From assembly GCA_002395085.1 (NCBI GenBank), contig DGVV01000168.1:60840-124839 (forward strand): a DNA stretch of 64,000 nt. Direction: 5' to 3'. This DNA comes from Ruminococcus sp. UBA4275. GTDB taxonomy: Bacteria; Bacillota; Clostridia; Oscillospirales; Ruminococcaceae. The position numbers and the translations under genes are program-made. The notes under the pieces were generated by a model. The model worked only from the letters and a program-made list of their open reading frames with translations, was not told where the DNA came from and made no database searches. Position 1 is the stretch's first letter. The number at the start of each line of letters is the position of its first letter. Below, one piece after another: positions 35,640 through 44,613 of this stretch.

Positions 35640-36031
35640 TGGATAAGACCATTATCATCGACGGCAGACCGGTGACTTTCCGCAAGACTGCCGGCACGAT
35701 GTTGCGTTACAAGCGCCAGTTTGGCCGCGAGCTGTATCCGGATCTGCTCAAGATCTACAGCCTTTACCCCGCAATGAAGGATCTGAAGGATCTCGGCAGT
35801 GAAGACGAGATGACGAAGGAGCAGAAGATGCAGCTCGCACAGGTCGTGCTTACCGCCGAGACTGAGTGGATGTACGACATCGCATATATCATGGCGCAGC
35901 AGGCGGATCCGACGATCCCTGACGAGCTGACATGGCTTGACGGCTTCGAGGATTTCAACATTCTTCTCATCTTCGTTGAGCTGATGCCTTTGATTCAGGC
36001 GGAACAGCGGGTATCACCAAAAAACGCATAA
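35639..36031 (+). CDS. Tail assembly chaperone (gpG-like)
   Basis: 130 aa. It ends just after an A_AAA_AAC slippery heptamer. Confidence 0.75.
   Translation: MDKTIIIDGRPVTFRKTAGTMLRYKRQFGRELYPDLLKIYSLYPAMKDLKDLGSEDEMTKEQKMQLAQVVLTAETEWMYDIAYIMAQQADPTIPDELTWLDGFEDFNILLIFVELMPLIQAEQRVSPKNA
36019..36025 (+). other. -1 programmed ribosomal frameshift site A_AAA_AAC
   Basis: The zero-frame codons are CCA AAA AAC GCA TAA. A -1 slip reads ...KKRISSGAENADSSPLTAVEF..., in frame with ORF 36064-36348. Confidence 0.6.
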
Positions 36032-36348
36032 GCTCTGGCGCTGAGAATGCCGACAGCAGCCCCTTGACAGCGGTAGAGTTTTGCAGCCTGCTAATGTCAA
36101 GGGGCTTTCCGCTGTCCGAAATTGACGCCTGGAACACAGGCGATCTGATCGACTGGGCAAAGGAGCATGATCGCGGGATTCTTCGCGCCCGCGGCGAAGA
36201 TGTGCCGGATAATTATGAGCAGTACCAGAAGCTCAAAGCAATGGAGCCGGAGATCGAGCGGATGCACGACGCGGGACAGATTCGCGAAGCAAAATATAAA
36301 TCTTATAAGCAGGCGCTTGCCACCTGTGAAAAGCAGCTGAGGGAGTGA
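36025..36348 (+). CDS. -1 frame extension of the tail chaperone (gpGT-like fusion product, joined to 35639-36024)
   Basis: The downstream ORF has no ATG or RBS of its own (the track starts it at TTG 36064). It is open in the -1 frame from the slippery site. Confidence 0.6.
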   Translation, partial: RISSGAENADSSPLTAVEFCSLLMSRGFPLSEIDAWNTGDLIDWAKEHDRGILRARGEDVPDNYEQYQKLKAMEPEIERMHDAGQIREAKYKSYKQALATCEKQLRE

Positions 36349-36352
36349 GATA

Positions 36353-38650
36353 GTGGCGACGAAAAAAGTGAACGGCATCACAATCGCAATCAATGCGGAC
36401 ACCAACGGTGTGACAGCCGGCCTGAAAGATCTGACCGGTGATTCTATCGCACTGTCGAAGCAGCTAAAGACGGTGAACAGCCTGCTCGAATTGGATCCCA
36501 CTAATACCGATCTGATGGCGACGCAGCAGGAGCTTCTCGCGAAATCCGTCGATACGACGCGGAAACGGCTCGAAGCGCTCAAAGGGGCGCAGGAAGACGT
36601 CAAGGCGGCGGTAGCACGCGGAGACATCGGAACCGATGAGTATATCGCATTTCAGCGTGAGCTCGTGCAGACTGAGCACCGGCTCCATGATCTCGAAGAT
36701 CAGACCGACGATACCGGTGAGGAAGTCGAGGATCTGAGCGAGGATGTGGAAGGCGCCGGCACTGAGATGCAGAAGACGGAAAAGAAGTCCGGCAAGCTCG
36801 GCGAAGCGCTGAAAAACGGACTCGCCGCAGGTGCGAAGCTCGCCGCTGCCGGAATCGGTGCAATGACCGCAGCAGCAACCGCAGCAGTCGCAGGGATTAT
36901 CAAAGCATCCAGCGAAACTGCTGAGTATGGCGACAACATCGACAAAATGAGCCAGAAGCTCGGCATGAGCTCCGATGCCTATCAGGAGTGGGACTTCATC
37001 ATGCAGCACTCCGGTTCGGACATCGACAAGATGACGACGAGCATGAAAAAGCTCGCAGATGCCGTGCAGGATCCTTCCTCGGATGCCGTAGCCGCCTTTG
37101 AACGGCTCGGGATCAGCCTCGAAGACGCGAAAAACATGTCTCAGGAAGACCTCTTTGCAACGACGATCACGGCGCTGCAAAAGCTGGAATCCGGCACGGA
37201 GCGCACATCTCTTGCGAATGATCTGCTCGGCAAATCCGCAATGGATCTCGGTGCGCTGCTGAACACCAGTGCGGAAGACACTGAGGCAATGCGGCGGCAA
37301 GTGCATGATCTTGGCGGCGTGATGAGTGAAGACGCTGTGAAATCGGCGGCAGCGTATCAGGACAGCCTCCAGAACGTAAAAACTGCGCTCAGCGGCATGA
37401 CGCGAGACATCGGCAGCAGTTTTATGCCGTCCATGGTGAAAATCATGGACTCCACAGCCGATCTGGCGACTGGAAATCTCGATGCGATCGACGGTGTGGA
37501 AGCCGGTCTCGATGATTTTTTACAAAATCTTGAAAAAGTCGCTGACCAGATCGCAGAAATGGCGGAAACTTTTGTCCCTGTGATCGTCGATGCGATCAGC
37601 AGGGCGCTCCCGCGTCTGATGCAGTCCGGTGTGAAGATCATCCGGACGCTCGCAGATGCTATCACGAAATATCTGCCGATGCTTTTGACGGCTGCCGGGA
37701 AAATTATCCTCGATATTTCAACTGAACTGCTCCGAGAAATGCCGAAAATCATCAAAATTGGCTTTGAAATCATCACCTCGCTTGCACATGGCATTGCAGA
37801 CGCTCTCCCCTCGATGATCCCGCAGATCGTCGGCATTGTGACGGAGATTGCGACGATTCTCACCGAGCCGGAAACGCTCGGCGCCCTGATCGACGCAGCA
37901 TTCGCGATCATCGACGCGCTGATCGAGGGACTTCTGAGCGAGGAAAGCATCAACAAAATGGTTGAAATGCTGCCGGAAGTCGTGACGAACATTGTTGATG
38001 TGCTCGTAAGCAGCGTTGATAAGCTGCTCGAAGCGGCTGAAAAAATCATCAAGGCACTGTGCGACTACTTTTTCGACCAGAAGAATCTCGACAAGATCAG
38101 CGAAGCTGCCGGAAAAATCCTCAAGAAGCTCGGCGGCGCGCTGAAAGATCTTGTGAGCAACTTGCTGCCGTTTATCCGCGATGTGGCGACCGCATGGGCT
38201 GAGATGATGATCGGCGAGATCGACTATGACGCGACCGCGCTTGACATCATCAAGCGGCTCGGAGCCGCGTTTGTGCGTAATTTTACACACGGATTCTACA
38301 ACATGGGCGCCCTGATGTACGATGTAATGCACCCGGACGGTGTGCCGGATGTCGAAGGCCACTATGCCCGCGGCGGCATCGTGACTGCTCCGACGCGCGC
38401 TATGATCGGCGAGAACGGCGCGGAAGTAATCCTCCCGCTGGAAAATAATACCCGCTGGATGGATATTCTTGCGGCGAAAATAGGAGGAAACGGCGGCGTG
38501 ACGATCGGAGAGATCAATGTCGATGTACGCGGCATAGATGGTGTCGATGACATCGGCGATACGATCGTCCGGAAAATCGACGAAGCGCTCCGCATCTACC
38601 AGATCGGGCAGATGCGCGGCACAGGAGGTACAGGATGGATGGATATGTAA
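36353..38650 (+). CDS. Tape measure protein
   Basis: 765 aa, alpha-helical and repetitive, with a central hydrophobic region. It follows the chaperone pair. Confidence 0.9.
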   Translation: MATKKVNGITIAINADTNGVTAGLKDLTGDSIALSKQLKTVNSLLELDPTNTDLMATQQELLAKSVDTTRKRLEALKGAQEDVKAAVARGDIGTDEYIAFQRELVQTEHRLHDLEDQTDDTGEEVEDLSEDVEGAGTEMQKTEKKSGKLGEALKNGLAAGAKLAAAGIGAMTAAATAAVAGIIKASSETAEYGDNIDKMSQKLGMSSDAYQEWDFIMQHSGSDIDKMTTSMKKLADAVQDPSSDAVAAFERLGISLEDAKNMSQEDLFATTITALQKLESGTERTSLANDLLGKSAMDLGALLNTSAEDTEAMRRQVHDLGGVMSEDAVKSAAAYQDSLQNVKTALSGMTRDIGSSFMPSMVKIMDSTADLATGNLDAIDGVEAGLDDFLQNLEKVADQIAEMAETFVPVIVDAISRALPRLMQSGVKIIRTLADAITKYLPMLLTAAGKIILDISTELLREMPKIIKIGFEIITSLAHGIADALPSMIPQIVGIVTEIATILTEPETLGALIDAAFAIIDALIEGLLSEESINKMVEMLPEVVTNIVDVLVSSVDKLLEAAEKIIKALCDYFFDQKNLDKISEAAGKILKKLGGALKDLVSNLLPFIRDVATAWAEMMIGEIDYDATALDIIKRLGAAFVRNFTHGFYNMGALMYDVMHPDGVPDVEGHYARGGIVTAPTRAMIGENGAEVILPLENNTRWMDILAAKIGGNGGVTIGEINVDVRGIDGVDDIGDTIVRKIDEALRIYQIGQMRGTGGTGWMDM

Positions 38651-39342
38651 TCCGCGGGCGCTGCGATTTCCGCATCAACGGTGTCTCGGCGCGCACGGTC
38701 GGTTTGGTGGTGGACGCTCTGCGTCCGCCCCCTATGGCGAAGCAGCGGCACACAGTCTGGCAGACGGGCATCGACACAGATTTCTCGTCCCCGGATGATA
38801 CCTACGAATCGCCGGAATATCATATCACGGCGCGCATCATCAAACAGCCGAATTTCAACACATCGCCGGTGTACGCTTTTCTCGCGGAGGCAAAAACGCT
38901 CACGCTGAGCAACCAGCAGGGCTTTTTCTTTCGTGTACAGCAGGTGCTCGGCATCAATCCCACCTCGACGGCACGAGGAAACGAGCATACATACGATATC
39001 GGATTTATTCTCGCGCCGTTCAAGTACCACATCGAAAACGCTGAAATCGAGATCACGGCGGACACCCTGCAAAACCCCGGCACACGGTACAGCCGCCCGA
39101 TCTACCGGATCACGCACACAGGCGCCTGCACACTGACTGTCAACGGCGAGGTGCTGCGGATCGCGGCGGACGCACCGTCTCCGATTTTTGTGGACGCTGA
39201 GCGCATGATTGCATACAGCGCGAACGGCGACAACGCCACGAAGTACACAACGGGCAATTTCGCATTTCTGAAGCCCGGCGTAAACGCGATCACGGCAAGC
39301 GGCTGCACGGTGGCCGTGACCGGGAATTGGAGGGATTACTGA
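38635..39342 (+). CDS. Distal tail protein (Dit)
   Basis: 235 aa, located immediately after the tape measure gene. Confidence 0.8.
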   Translation: MDGYVIRGRCDFRINGVSARTVGLVVDALRPPPMAKQRHTVWQTGIDTDFSSPDDTYESPEYHITARIIKQPNFNTSPVYAFLAEAKTLTLSNQQGFFFRVQQVLGINPTSTARGNEHTYDIGFILAPFKYHIENAEIEITADTLQNPGTRYSRPIYRITHTGACTLTVNGEVLRIAADAPSPIFVDAERMIAYSANGDNATKYTTGNFAFLKPGVNAITASGCTVAVTGNWRDY

Positions 39343-40118
39343 TGGCAACGGTCAATGTGCAAAACTGGTCTGAGTTTGTGGAGGCGGTTGCTGTCGCAGG
39401 CGACACCGTTGTGCTCCCGGAGGCAGAGCGCTGGGATATGAATGTCATCGCGCCGGAAGGTGTTACCGGGAATATCGCAGTGAACTGCGCGAAAATTATC
39501 GGCAATGGCACGGCGATCTGGAACGGTCATTTTTACGGTGCGTTTCAGGTTTCTGGTACGCAAATCGAAGATTTTCACATCGTGAATTTTCTTGCGAGCG
39601 GACTGATTCAAAACTCGAATTCACCTTCGTATGATCGGTGCATGTTCTCCGGATTACTTCTTGGAGAAAATCGGCTGTTCGCGTTAGGAAATGCAGCATG
39701 GAATCGGTGCTCCGTGAACATCGAATCGCAGTCAACGAACAGGTCTGCCATTGGCAATGATGTTTTCACCGGAACAATGAGCTATTGCCGCATTATATAC
39801 CATGCGTCGAACATCGGCACAATTCGTTTTGATGGATTTTCAAATTCCGAATTCGTTTTGTATGCGCCGCAATGCACCAAAATCTATGTCGAAAAACTTA
39901 AAAACTGCACAATGCGCGGAAATCTTAGTGCCTGCACTTATGTCGGATATTATTCCTACAAATATGAAAGCTTAATAAATGTGGTAAACACGGATGATCT
40001 TGCTGATGGTGCAACGCTGATGTTCACGGAACTTGTTGGCGTTACAGACGCGCAGATGAAGGATGCCGCATATCTTGCATCTATCGGTTTCCCCATCGGC
40101 GGAGGTGATGATGCGTGA
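39342..40118 (+). CDS. Hypothetical tail-associated protein, beta-helix-like, in a lower-GC segment
   Basis: Start at ATG 39342, overlapping the Dit stop (ATGA). It has short repetitive N/G/C-rich strand-like segments. The C-terminus is VGVTDAQMKDAAYLASIGFPIGG. Confidence 0.65.
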   Translation: MATVNVQNWSEFVEAVAVAGDTVVLPEAERWDMNVIAPEGVTGNIAVNCAKIIGNGTAIWNGHFYGAFQVSGTQIEDFHIVNFLASGLIQNSNSPSYDRCMFSGLLLGENRLFALGNAAWNRCSVNIESQSTNRSAIGNDVFTGTMSYCRIIYHASNIGTIRFDGFSNSEFVLYAPQCTKIYVEKLKNCTMRGNLSACTYVGYYSYKYESLINVVNTDDLADGATLMFTELVGVTDAQMKDAAYLASIGFPIGGGDDA

Positions 40119-41506
40119 GCTGGTTTATCGACGGCGGCTATCCGGACAACACCGAGTTTATCGACGCGCCTGAGCAGCCGCAGAGTGAACTGCCGCGCAG
40201 TCAGTGGCGCATTGTCGAAGGTGAAAACGACGGCTACCCATGGTTTGACCTGTTACCGGAAATCCCGCCGCTGCACGTTGACCCAGTGAAGCAGCGCCCG
40301 TATATCTGCGTATACGATAAAAAAACGGCGAAGGCGGATTTCACGACAAACGGTCTCGCAATCCTGATCCCGGCGGTCTGTGAGGTGACGGAAACCCTGA
40401 ACGGCGCATGGACGGTGCAGATGCAGCACCCGATTGACCCGGAAGGGCGCTGGCAGCTGCTGATTATCAGCAACATCCTCAAAGTCAACGGTCAACTGTT
40501 CACGATCAAATCCGTTGACCCGCAGTTTACCGGAAACAGCGGCAGCGTCAGCGTTTATGCAGAGCATATTTTTTACCAGCTTAACGACGGCTGGATCTTC
40601 CCGCCTGCGTACCTCACCGGCAGCAACGGACAGTCTGCGGTCAACAACATCCTCTCCCGCGTTGATTATCAGGCACGTCCGGGCGCGTTTATCTACAGCT
40701 ACATCGGTTCGTCCGACATCACAACGCCTTTCCGGCGCGAGGTGAGCGCTGGCTGCACGCCTGTTGACGCTCTGATCGGCGGCGGCGGACTGGTCGAAAA
40801 ATGCGGCGGTGAGCTGTACCGCGACAACTTCTATTTCAGCATCAATTCGCGCATGGAAAACGCGAAAGACGATGCGTTTGACATCCGCGTCGGCAAGAAT
40901 CTGCGCGGCATCCGGCGCACCGTCGATATGACCAGCATGGCAACATACTTCCGTGGTTATGACGCATGGGGTGGATGGATCGCGTTTGCGTGGGATTTCG
41001 AGGCGTTCTTCGGTGATCTGTTTCCGCATTATGTGGTACGCTCGGAAAATTTCAGCAAGCCGCAGCGCGCAGACGAAGAAGATTTCGACTATGACGACTG
41101 GTTCGACAACGATTTCACGCAGGAGGTGCTTGCGTTTTTCAAGCGCAACTGCAAGCCGATTATCCGCTACGAGATTGATCTGGATGATGTGCGCAACAAT
41201 CCGGATTTCGAGATCACCGCGGACGAGCGCTTCCGCGTAGGCGACAAAGGCAGGGTGTATGATGTCCGTCTCGGCGGTGAGCTGACGATCGAGCTGACGG
41301 AAACGGTGTACGACGCTGTGCGCGATAAGTATACCCGCATCGCGATCGGAGACCGGCAGAGTTTCGTGAAAACGGCATCCCCGACAATCGTCGTAGACAT
41401 CGCTGCGCTGCCGGTTGCATCGCTGACGCCGGTGCTGGATGCGTCCGGTGCGCTGTGCTATGACGCATCCGGAGAGCAGATTTTCGAGGAAAGGAGCTAT
41501 CAGTAA
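40115..41506 (+). CDS. Tail-associated lysin / prophage tail endopeptidase-like protein (Tal)
   Basis: 463 aa in the canonical position. GTG start after GGAGGTG. Confidence 0.8.
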   Translation: MSWFIDGGYPDNTEFIDAPEQPQSELPRSQWRIVEGENDGYPWFDLLPEIPPLHVDPVKQRPYICVYDKKTAKADFTTNGLAILIPAVCEVTETLNGAWTVQMQHPIDPEGRWQLLIISNILKVNGQLFTIKSVDPQFTGNSGSVSVYAEHIFYQLNDGWIFPPAYLTGSNGQSAVNNILSRVDYQARPGAFIYSYIGSSDITTPFRREVSAGCTPVDALIGGGGLVEKCGGELYRDNFYFSINSRMENAKDDAFDIRVGKNLRGIRRTVDMTSMATYFRGYDAWGGWIAFAWDFEAFFGDLFPHYVVRSENFSKPQRADEEDFDYDDWFDNDFTQEVLAFFKRNCKPIIRYEIDLDDVRNNPDFEITADERFRVGDKGRVYDVRLGGELTIELTETVYDAVRDKYTRIAIGDRQSFVKTASPTIVVDIAALPVASLTPVLDASGALCYDASGEQIFEERSYQ

Positions 41507-42549
41507 TGGCACAATTCAGCAGACTGGTCTCGCAGATTGACGCGCTGCTCGATGAGCTGGTTGCGGCGCGCGGCGGATACAGTACACTCGGCGAGGCTAT
41601 TGAAGCTAAGGCCGGAGAGGAGGATCTCGCGGAGATCGAAGAAGCGCTCGATGCGGTCGATGCGGCGCTTGCCGGAAAGATCACGTACGGCATCACAACG
41701 GTGATCAGTGCAACGCAGGCAAATCGCGCGGATGTGAACACGCTTACAAAGTACGGGAGCTATCAGTACACCACACAAGACATCCCGTATATCGACAATC
41801 TCCCCGCCGGAGTGTCATCGCCGGGCCGTATTGATGTTATTGTGCTGCCTGCTGCGCGGCGGCAGCAGATTCTTCGCACAACCGGAGGCACTGCACCGAT
41901 CTTTGTGCGAAACTCCACATCCGCGCCAGCGCCCGTTGCAACATCCCTGATCCCCGTGATGACCTCCGCGACGACGCCAAGCGGTGAGGTGATCGAGAGC
42001 GGGCATTATGAGTCACGGTATGGCTATCTCGCATTCGACGGCGTGGATTCCCAGACATACGCACGGAATGCATGGGGTGACGGTACGAATGCGCTGAATG
42101 GTACGCCGGAAGCGTGCTTTGTCGGCTATATCTGGGGTAGTCAACAGATAGTATCATCTGTAAAGCTGGCGTTTTACTCTGACACTAACTACACCTGCAT
42201 CGTACAGTGCCGCGTTGACGGCGAGTGGCAGACAGTGCTTGATAACGTCCCCATCGTGGGCGGGGCGCCATACTACAGCGTTGTGGAGCGCACGTTTTCT
42301 GCTCCTACCACCTGTGACGGCATCCGGATGTGTGTGGTATCTGGCGACAGAGAACGTTTCTGTACTGCAAGTTACGGCGGAAACGTGTGCGAGTTCACTG
42401 TATACGGCGACGGCGGCACAACAGCAACATGGGGTACGTGGAAACGAATTATCACGGAGGAAGTGCAAGCGGCTAGCAGCACAAACAATGCGGCGCTGCT
42501 TGTTGCATCTATCAACGAAAAAGAGGGTGATTTCAATGCAGCCGAATGA
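41506..42549 (+). CDS. Tail fibre / receptor-binding protein with a C-terminal carbohydrate-binding-like domain
   Basis: 347 aa. It has an N-terminal coiled-coil segment and a C-terminal beta-rich domain (YLAFDG...WG...VKLAFYSD...CEFTVYG) that is reminiscent of discoidin/galactose-binding folds. Confidence 0.7.
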   Translation: MAQFSRLVSQIDALLDELVAARGGYSTLGEAIEAKAGEEDLAEIEEALDAVDAALAGKITYGITTVISATQANRADVNTLTKYGSYQYTTQDIPYIDNLPAGVSSPGRIDVIVLPAARRQQILRTTGGTAPIFVRNSTSAPAPVATSLIPVMTSATTPSGEVIESGHYESRYGYLAFDGVDSQTYARNAWGDGTNALNGTPEACFVGYIWGSQQIVSSVKLAFYSDTNYTCIVQCRVDGEWQTVLDNVPIVGGAPYYSVVERTFSAPTTCDGIRMCVVSGDRERFCTASYGGNVCEFTVYGDGGTTATWGTWKRIITEEVQAASSTNNAALLVASINEKEGDFNAAE

Positions 42550-43021
42550 GCCGGAAGCCGTCACCCTCTATACGAAGGAGGGAAAAACATTGCAGCACTT
42601 TATCAAGGCGATTTCCGCACTCTGCTGCTCGCTGGCATCGTTCCTGTGGGGAGAGCTCGACGGGCTTCTGATCGCGCTGATCGCATTTATCTGCTTGGAT
42701 TACATCAGCGGCCTGATCGTCGGCGCGACGCGGCACCGGCTCAACAGCGCGGTCAGCTTTCGCGGGCTGGCGAAAAAGATGTTTATTCTGGTAGTTGTTG
42801 CGGTGGCGCATATCATCGACACACAGATTCTTGGTGGCAGCGCTGCGGTGCTGCGCTCTGCCACTTGCGGCCTGTACATCGCCAACGAAGGGCTCAGCAT
42901 CCTCGAAAATGGCGGCAAGCTCGGCGTGCCGTATCCGAAAAAGCTGAAAGAGCTGCTCGAACAGCTTAAAAATGATTCTGAAAAAGGAGGAACAAACCGT
43001 GATCCAGATCACAAAGCCTGA
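42536..43021 (+). CDS. Holin (Phage_holin_4_1 / LL-H-like)
   Basis: Contains LIALIAFICLDYISGLIVG...SAVSFRGLAKKMFILVVVAVAHIID. The start is ATG 42536 or TTG 42589 (after AGGAGGG). Confidence 0.8.
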   Translation: MQPNEPEAVTLYTKEGKTLQHFIKAISALCCSLASFLWGELDGLLIALIAFICLDYISGLIVGATRHRLNSAVSFRGLAKKMFILVVVAVAHIIDTQILGGSAAVLRSATCGLYIANEGLSILENGGKLGVPYPKKLKELLEQLKNDSEKGGTNRDPDHKA

Positions 43022-43691
43022 GAAAGGCGATCCGTTCTTCAACAATGCCGCTGGCGGCGGCATCTCCACCTGCATCACGATCAAGAACTGTGAGCCCGGA
43101 CTGAACGTCCTGCCGAACTGCGTCGGCGGAGCGATCGGCGCATACAACAAAGCGGCTTGCGGTGACGGACCTGCCACGTTCAAGCATCTGAGCTACCCGC
43201 CCAACGCGGAAAACATCATGGCGCGAGCTGAGCAGGAAGGTCTTCCGATCTCGCAGAAGCCCGCTGTCGGCGCTCTGATCGTCTGGCAGAAAGGCGAAAC
43301 GCTCAGCAGCGCAGACGGTGCCGGACACGTTGCGTTCGTGACGTCCGTCGATGCAGACGGCACGATTCACACCGCAGAAAGCGAGTACGGCGGTCGCGCC
43401 TGGGTGAATCGTGCGTACAAGCCGCCGTATGTGTACGGCAGCGCTTACAAGTTCCTCGGATTTATCCACCAGCCCACGAAAAAGCCGGCAGTGTTGCACG
43501 AAGGTGATCACGGCGCGGAAGTCGAGCTGATGCAGGCGCGGCTTCATGCTCTTGGGTATATGCGCAAAGGCGAGATCGACGGCGACTTCGGCAAGATTAC
43601 CAAGGGCGCTGTGCTCTGCTTCCAGCTCGAAAACGGCCTCGATGTTGACGGCATCTGCGGCCCGGCAACGCAGGCGGCGCTTGCAAAATAA
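42999..43691 (+). CDS. Endolysin: CHAP peptidase domain plus PG_binding_1 domain
   Basis: GTG 42999 follows AAAGGAGG. The CHAP pattern is PNCVGGA...GALIVWQKG...GHVAFVTSV. The PG-binding domain is LHEGDHGAEVELMQARLHALGY...GPATQAAL. Confidence 0.9.
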   Translation: MIQITKPEKGDPFFNNAAGGGISTCITIKNCEPGLNVLPNCVGGAIGAYNKAACGDGPATFKHLSYPPNAENIMARAEQEGLPISQKPAVGALIVWQKGETLSSADGAGHVAFVTSVDADGTIHTAESEYGGRAWVNRAYKPPYVYGSAYKFLGFIHQPTKKPAVLHEGDHGAEVELMQARLHALGYMRKGEIDGDFGKITKGAVLCFQLENGLDVDGICGPATQAALAK

Positions 43692-43701
43692 CGATACAAC
43701 G

Positions 43702-43734
43702 AAACCGGCAGAGGATTCGTTCCCCTGCCGGTTT
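43702..43734. terminator. Bidirectional terminator between the endolysin and the reverse-strand accessory operon
   Basis: AAACCGGCAG..CTGCCGGTTT, flanked by A- and T-rich runs. Confidence 0.75.
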
Positions 43735-43740
43735 GCTTTA

Positions 43741-44178
43741 TTACTGCGCTGCTTCCATGATCCAGCGCTCAAGGAGCTTTCCCTGCGGAATGCCCTGCTT
43801 TGCAGCTTCCGCCTTCAACTTTGCCGCTGCCGCTGCGGAGACGTTGAGGCCAAGCGTCACGGTTTCGCCGCTCTCGTCAGGCTCGCCGAAAATCTCGCAG
43901 TACTCGTCACCGTCGAGATGGTCTTCCGCCCACTTCTGAGCCGCTTTGTACGTCATCGGCTCGATCTTCTCACCGCCGCACCACTCGTTCTGCCCGCAGC
44001 TCTTGCTGTACGGGCTTGCAGCATTTCCTTCGCCGTGAAGAAAAAACTCGCCGGTCTTCTTCTGATAGAGCGTTTCGCAGTACCAGTGGAAATCGCTGCG
44101 GTACGGATTCGGCTCGTATTCGCCACGCTTCTTTGCGGTGTCGGTATCGTACACCTTGCCATTGATAATCTTTTTCAT
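43741..44178 (-). CDS. Accessory operon gene 3: unknown N-terminal domain plus C-terminal ribbon-helix-helix module
   Basis: 145 aa. It starts MKKIINGKVYDTDTAKKRGEYEPNPY... and has 4 Cys. The C-terminus TVTLGLNVSAAAAAKLKAEAAKQGIPQGKLLERWIMEA fits a strand-helix-helix (CopG/Arc) pattern. AGGAGGAAAC RBS. Confidence 0.75.
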   Translation of the reverse strand: MKKIINGKVYDTDTAKKRGEYEPNPYRSDFHWYCETLYQKKTGEFFLHGEGNAASPYSKSCGQNEWCGGEKIEPMTYKAAQKWAEDHLDGDEYCEIFGEPDESGETVTLGLNVSAAAAAKLKAEAAKQGIPQGKLLERWIMEAAQ

Positions 44179-44233
44179 GATGTTTCCTCCTATTCATTGT
44201 GCCGGGTTTTGCCGCCCGGCTCGGCTGTTTTTA

Positions 44234-44599
44234 TCAGATTCGGTCTCTCGCAGAGAGCGACAGTTTGAACGTCTGCACGATCGTTCCGTCTGCATCTGCG
44301 TAGTCAGGATTGTTGCACGGAACTCTGAAGCAGTCGCCGCTCCAGAGCTTTCCGCTTTCGTGGCGAATCGTGACCAGTCCGCTGCTGCTGTTATGACGGA
44401 TCAACTTCACGATGCCGATCTTAGTAAGACCGATTTCCCGCGTAAGCTTTTCGCCGTCCTTCGCAGGATCCTCGCAAACCCAGCGCAAGGATTCGAGGAA
44501 CATGTCTTCCGTGAGGTTCGGAAGGAGCTCTTGCCAGTTCTTGAAAATCTTGCTCTTTCCTGCGAGAACGATTTTCTCTTTTGCTTCGTAGTTGTTCAT
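44234..44599 (-). CDS. Accessory operon gene 2: hypothetical protein
   Basis: 121 aa counted from ATG 44599, which follows AGGAGGTAAAAAA. An alternative ATG at 44617 overlaps the gene-1 stop (ATGA). No recognisable motif. Confidence 0.7.
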   Translation of the reverse strand: MNNYEAKEKIVLAGKSKIFKNWQELLPNLTEDMFLESLRWVCEDPAKDGEKLTREIGLTKIGIVKLIRHNSSSGLVTIRHESGKLWSGDCFRVPCNNPDYADADGTIVQTFKLSLSARDRI

Positions 44600-44613
44600 T
44601 TTTTTACCTCCTT

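Noticed and set aside
44201-44220. GC hairpin between accessory genes 2 and 3, considered as an internal terminator.
   Set aside because: On the transcribed (minus) strand it is not followed by a U-tract. It is more likely an mRNA stability or processing element, and it was noted under the operon finding only.
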